A stretch of 64,000 nt of DNA, from NCBI GenBank assembly GCA_963817955.1, contig CAWFQK010000004.1, positions 1,376,001-1,440,000 on the forward strand, given 5' to 3'. Shown piece after piece: positions 61,220 to 64,000 of this stretch. Position numbers and translations under genes: made by a program. Each line of letters opens with the position of its first letter. Position 1 is the stretch's first letter. The notes beneath the pieces are model-generated. The model had not been told where the DNA came from, searched no databases, and was given only the letters and a program-made list of their open reading frames with translations. This stretch comes from an uncultured Gemmatimonadaceae bacterium. GTDB lineage: Bacteria; Gemmatimonadota; Gemmatimonadetes; Gemmatimonadales; Gemmatimonadaceae.

Positions 61220-61508
61220 GATGATCCCAGCTCTTGACCCCATCACGCAGATGATCCCAGCTCTCAGCTGCGCGACTCCAAGCGTCACGACGGCATCATC
61301 CAACACATCCAGGCGAGACAATCCTTCACGGTCCTCTGCAGTTCTCTTGCAGTTCTCTGCAGTTCTCTGCGTTCAAAAAGTTGTTCTACCGGCCACCGAG
61401 ATCCTTCGCTGCGCTCAGGATGACAGGGAGCGAAAGAGATCCTTCGCTTCGCTCAGGATGACAGCATCGCTCAGGATGACAGGCTTCCCGTGTCCCGTGT
61501 CCCGTGTC
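61220..61508. repeat. Composite element copy D (partial core) plus CCCGTGT heptamers
   Basis: GCGTCACGACGGCATCATCC...CCAGGCGAGACAATCCTTCACGG, TGCAGTTCTC repeats, GAGATCCTTCGC..CGCTCAGGATGAC. Confidence 0.75.
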
Positions 61509-61578
61509 TTCCAGCCGGTCAACGACCCGGAGTCCATTCCACGTTGCACCACCCGGCGATATACCTGAAGGTCAATAC

Positions 61579-63498
61579 CTAGACTCGAAGCGGTGATGAG
61601 TCTTTCCCGTTGCTCGCGGCGTCGCCTCTGGGATGCGCTGCATGCTCCACGCTGTGCGGCTCGCGGCGGAAGGAATCGGGCTCGCGGGCGCTCCGCAATG
61701 CGTTCACGATCACGGCGACGTCGATCAATTCCTGCAACGCCGCGCCGACTGTCGGCGAAAGGCCGCCAAATCCTGCGACGAGCATGGCGACACCACTCAA
61801 GCTGAGACCAGCGATGATGCTCTGTCTGGCAATGCGCAGGGTACGCGCGCCGATTTCGATCGCGTCGATGACCCGCTCCAGCGAGTCGACGAGAACGATG
61901 ACGTCGGCCGCTTCGGCAGTGATACCGCCGCCATGCCCGGCGAGCGCCACGCCCACGTCGGCGGTGGTGAGAGCGGGGGCGTCATTGATGCCGTCGCCCA
62001 CCATCATCACGCCCTTGCCCTCCGCCTGGAGACGCTCGATGAACAGCGATTTGTCGGCGGGGAGTAGATCGCCGTACGCCTCCGGAATGCCCGCACGCTC
62101 GGCCACGGCGCGGGCGATTGGCGCGTGGTCGCCGGAGAGCAGTACGATCCGATGGATGTTCAGCCGATGCAGTCCTTTGAGCAGCGCAGGCAGTTCGGGG
62201 CGCACGAGATCAGCGTACTCGATGATCCCGGCGAGATGGCCGTCAATGCTGACATACGCACGCAGCGTCGCCCCGGAATGCTCGAGCCCGGCGGCCGTGA
62301 GCACCCCGTCGTCGCAATACGGCAGCACGAACGAGCGCGCACCAACGCGTACGGCGTGTCCGTCCGCAACTCCGGAGATCCCCTGACCCGGCGCTTCGAC
62401 ATGTTCCGCGCCGCGCGGGAAGGCAATGCCACGTTCTTCGGCGTGACGCACGATCACGCGTGCCAGCAGATGACTCGACCCCTGCTCCATAGCCGCCGTC
62501 AGACGCAGCACTTGATCGCGATCGTAGCCGCGGGCAACATGTATGTCGGTGAGTTGTGGCATGCCGACGGTGATCGTGCCCGTTTTGTCGAACACCGCCG
62601 TGTCGACGCCGCCAAGTTTTTCCAGCGCGCCGCCATGCCGCACGATGATGTGGCGGCGCGCCGCGCGATTGATCCCGCCGATAATGGCCACTGGTGTGGC
62701 AAGAATGAGCGGACAAGGCGTCGCGACGACGAGCACCGCAAGGGCCCGCAGCCAATCGTGCGTCAGCGCGAACACGATGCCACAGATCGTGATCGTGAGC
62801 GGCGTGAACCACAGGGCGTATCGTTCAGCCAGGCGCTGGAGTGGCGCCTTGCTCGCCTGGGCGGACCGCACGAGAGCGACGACACGCGCATACTGACTCT
62901 GCTCGGCAAGCGCAGTCACGCGTACGCGAAGCACACCAAACCCATTCGACGTTCCGCTCATCACCGCGCTACCAATGATGGCACGGACGGGCGTCGCCTC
63001 GCCGGTGAGTGAGGACGTGTCGAGCTCCGACTCGCCCTCGATGACGATGCCATCGCACGGGATCAGATCGCCGGGACGGATGAGCAACACGTCACCGACG
63101 GCCACGTCGGAGGCACGGACCTCCTCGACGCGATCGCCAGCCACGCGGTGCGCGATCCGCGGTGCGGCTTCTTCCAGCGCGCGGACGGCAGCCGACGCCT
63201 TCCCCTCGGCGTACCGTTCGAGCGCTTCCCCGCCCGTCTGCATCAGGACAATGACAAGGCCAGCGAGCGGTTGGCCGAGCAGGGCCGCGCCGATAATGGA
63301 CAGGGTGGCAATGACGTCGGTGGCGAAACGCCCGCGCGTCGCCTCTCGCAGTGTTCCGAAAACGACGGGCACACCGGTGACGAGCAATCCCGCCATCCAG
63401 ACCGTGTGCGCCGCGGAAACCCCGACGGAAACGCGCAAGAGCGCGCCAGCAAGGATCAGCAGTGCGGCCAGTGCTGGCGGCAAGAACCGGAGTTTCAT
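61579..63498 (-). CDS. P1B-type heavy-metal ATPase
   Basis: LTGE, TPCPL, DKTGT, HLLA, GDGINDAPAL. Confidence 0.93.
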   Translation of the reverse strand: MKLRFLPPALAALLILAGALLRVSVGVSAAHTVWMAGLLVTGVPVVFGTLREATRGRFATDVIATLSIIGAALLGQPLAGLVIVLMQTGGEALERYAEGKASAAVRALEEAAPRIAHRVAGDRVEEVRASDVAVGDVLLIRPGDLIPCDGIVIEGESELDTSSLTGEATPVRAIIGSAVMSGTSNGFGVLRVRVTALAEQSQYARVVALVRSAQASKAPLQRLAERYALWFTPLTITICGIVFALTHDWLRALAVLVVATPCPLILATPVAIIGGINRAARRHIIVRHGGALEKLGGVDTAVFDKTGTITVGMPQLTDIHVARGYDRDQVLRLTAAMEQGSSHLLARVIVRHAEERGIAFPRGAEHVEAPGQGISGVADGHAVRVGARSFVLPYCDDGVLTAAGLEHSGATLRAYVSIDGHLAGIIEYADLVRPELPALLKGLHRLNIHRIVLLSGDHAPIARAVAERAGIPEAYGDLLPADKSLFIERLQAEGKGVMMVGDGINDAPALTTADVGVALAGHGGGITAEAADVIVLVDSLERVIDAIEIGARTLRIARQSIIAGLSLSGVAMLVAGFGGLSPTVGAALQELIDVAVIVNALRSAREPDSFRREPHSVEHAAHPRGDAASNGKDSSPLRV

Positions 63499-63592
63499 TG
63501 CTTGGCTAGACTGAGAGGCTCCGAGAACATGCGAACGGCCGCGCCGACCGTCACGACCGCCCGCATGCCTCGTTTACGGAGCTTGCAAACAG

Positions 63593-63939
63593 CTAGGCGA
63601 GCGTCAGTAACGTCTGACCATCGCCATGCGCAATCCGTAGCGCCTTGTCGCGTCCGCGCTCGTCCGACAGCAGATCGATCGCGGTGACTCCACCGATACT
63701 GCGCGTCAAGTGACGATCGAGGTCGCCGAGCTCGCCGAACATGAGCTCTACCCGATGGTCGTGCGGATCGTACGCTGCACCGAGAAGCGGGTAATCGTGC
63801 TCCTGCGCCTGCGCGCCGATCTCGGGATCATCAACTTCGAGCAAACCCCTACGCCCAACGTTTCGGCGCGTGAACTCATCCAGCTTCTGAGCCCAGTCAA
63901 GCCGCCCCAGCGACTGCACGACCGACGACTCTGCGCTCA
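63593..63939 (-). CDS. DUF5335-like hypothetical protein
   Basis: W...LDEFTRRN.GR...IGAQ...PLLGAAYDP motif. Start is uncertain. Confidence 0.6.
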
Positions 63940-64000
63940 TGCGGACGCGGGCGATCGCCGCGTGGTGCGGCACTGTCAGCACGCTGCACGTTGCGCAGCG

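Noticed and set aside
1..64000. Integron integrase, rRNA, tRNA, cas, reverse transcriptase or phage structural genes
   Set aside because: No tyrosine-recombinase, RT or Cas motifs in the ORF track, and no RNA gene recognised by eye.

Overview
GC-rich bacterial DNA. The gene content suggests Gemmatimonadota, but that is inference only. The window has two distinct parts. (1) 1-~23,090 is the distal, decaying end of a chromosomal integron cassette array. It holds about 15 + strand cassettes separated by attC sites; no intI or attI is in the window and they would be expected upstream. Eight cassettes are toxin-antitoxin modules, including a toxin-antitoxin-SecB chaperone (TAC) triplet. The array is invaded by IS elements. 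Two different IS110/IS1111 elements sit exactly at the attC R' GTT and carry downstream non-coding regions with apparent bridge/seek-RNA guides matching attC. An IS1182 element sits twice exactly at the attC R'' AAC. An IS3|IS110[IS256[IS21]] nest is also present. (2) ~23,260-64,000 is mostly housekeeping and accessory genes: an amidase, two L,D-transpeptidases, a TSUP/cytochrome b/Mo-oxidoreductase operon, a LytS/LytTR pair, an aroF-chorismate mutase-tyrA operon behind a tyrosine-rich attenuator, a split selenocysteine formate dehydrogenase-fdhD-fhs operon, mgtE, TonB-related genes and a P1B ATPase. These are interspersed with four copies of a composite palindromic/MITE-like element with a conserved ~150-bp core, and a 1.3-kb tract with 21-bp periodicity. 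All family assignments come from motif recognition by eye; no searches were run.
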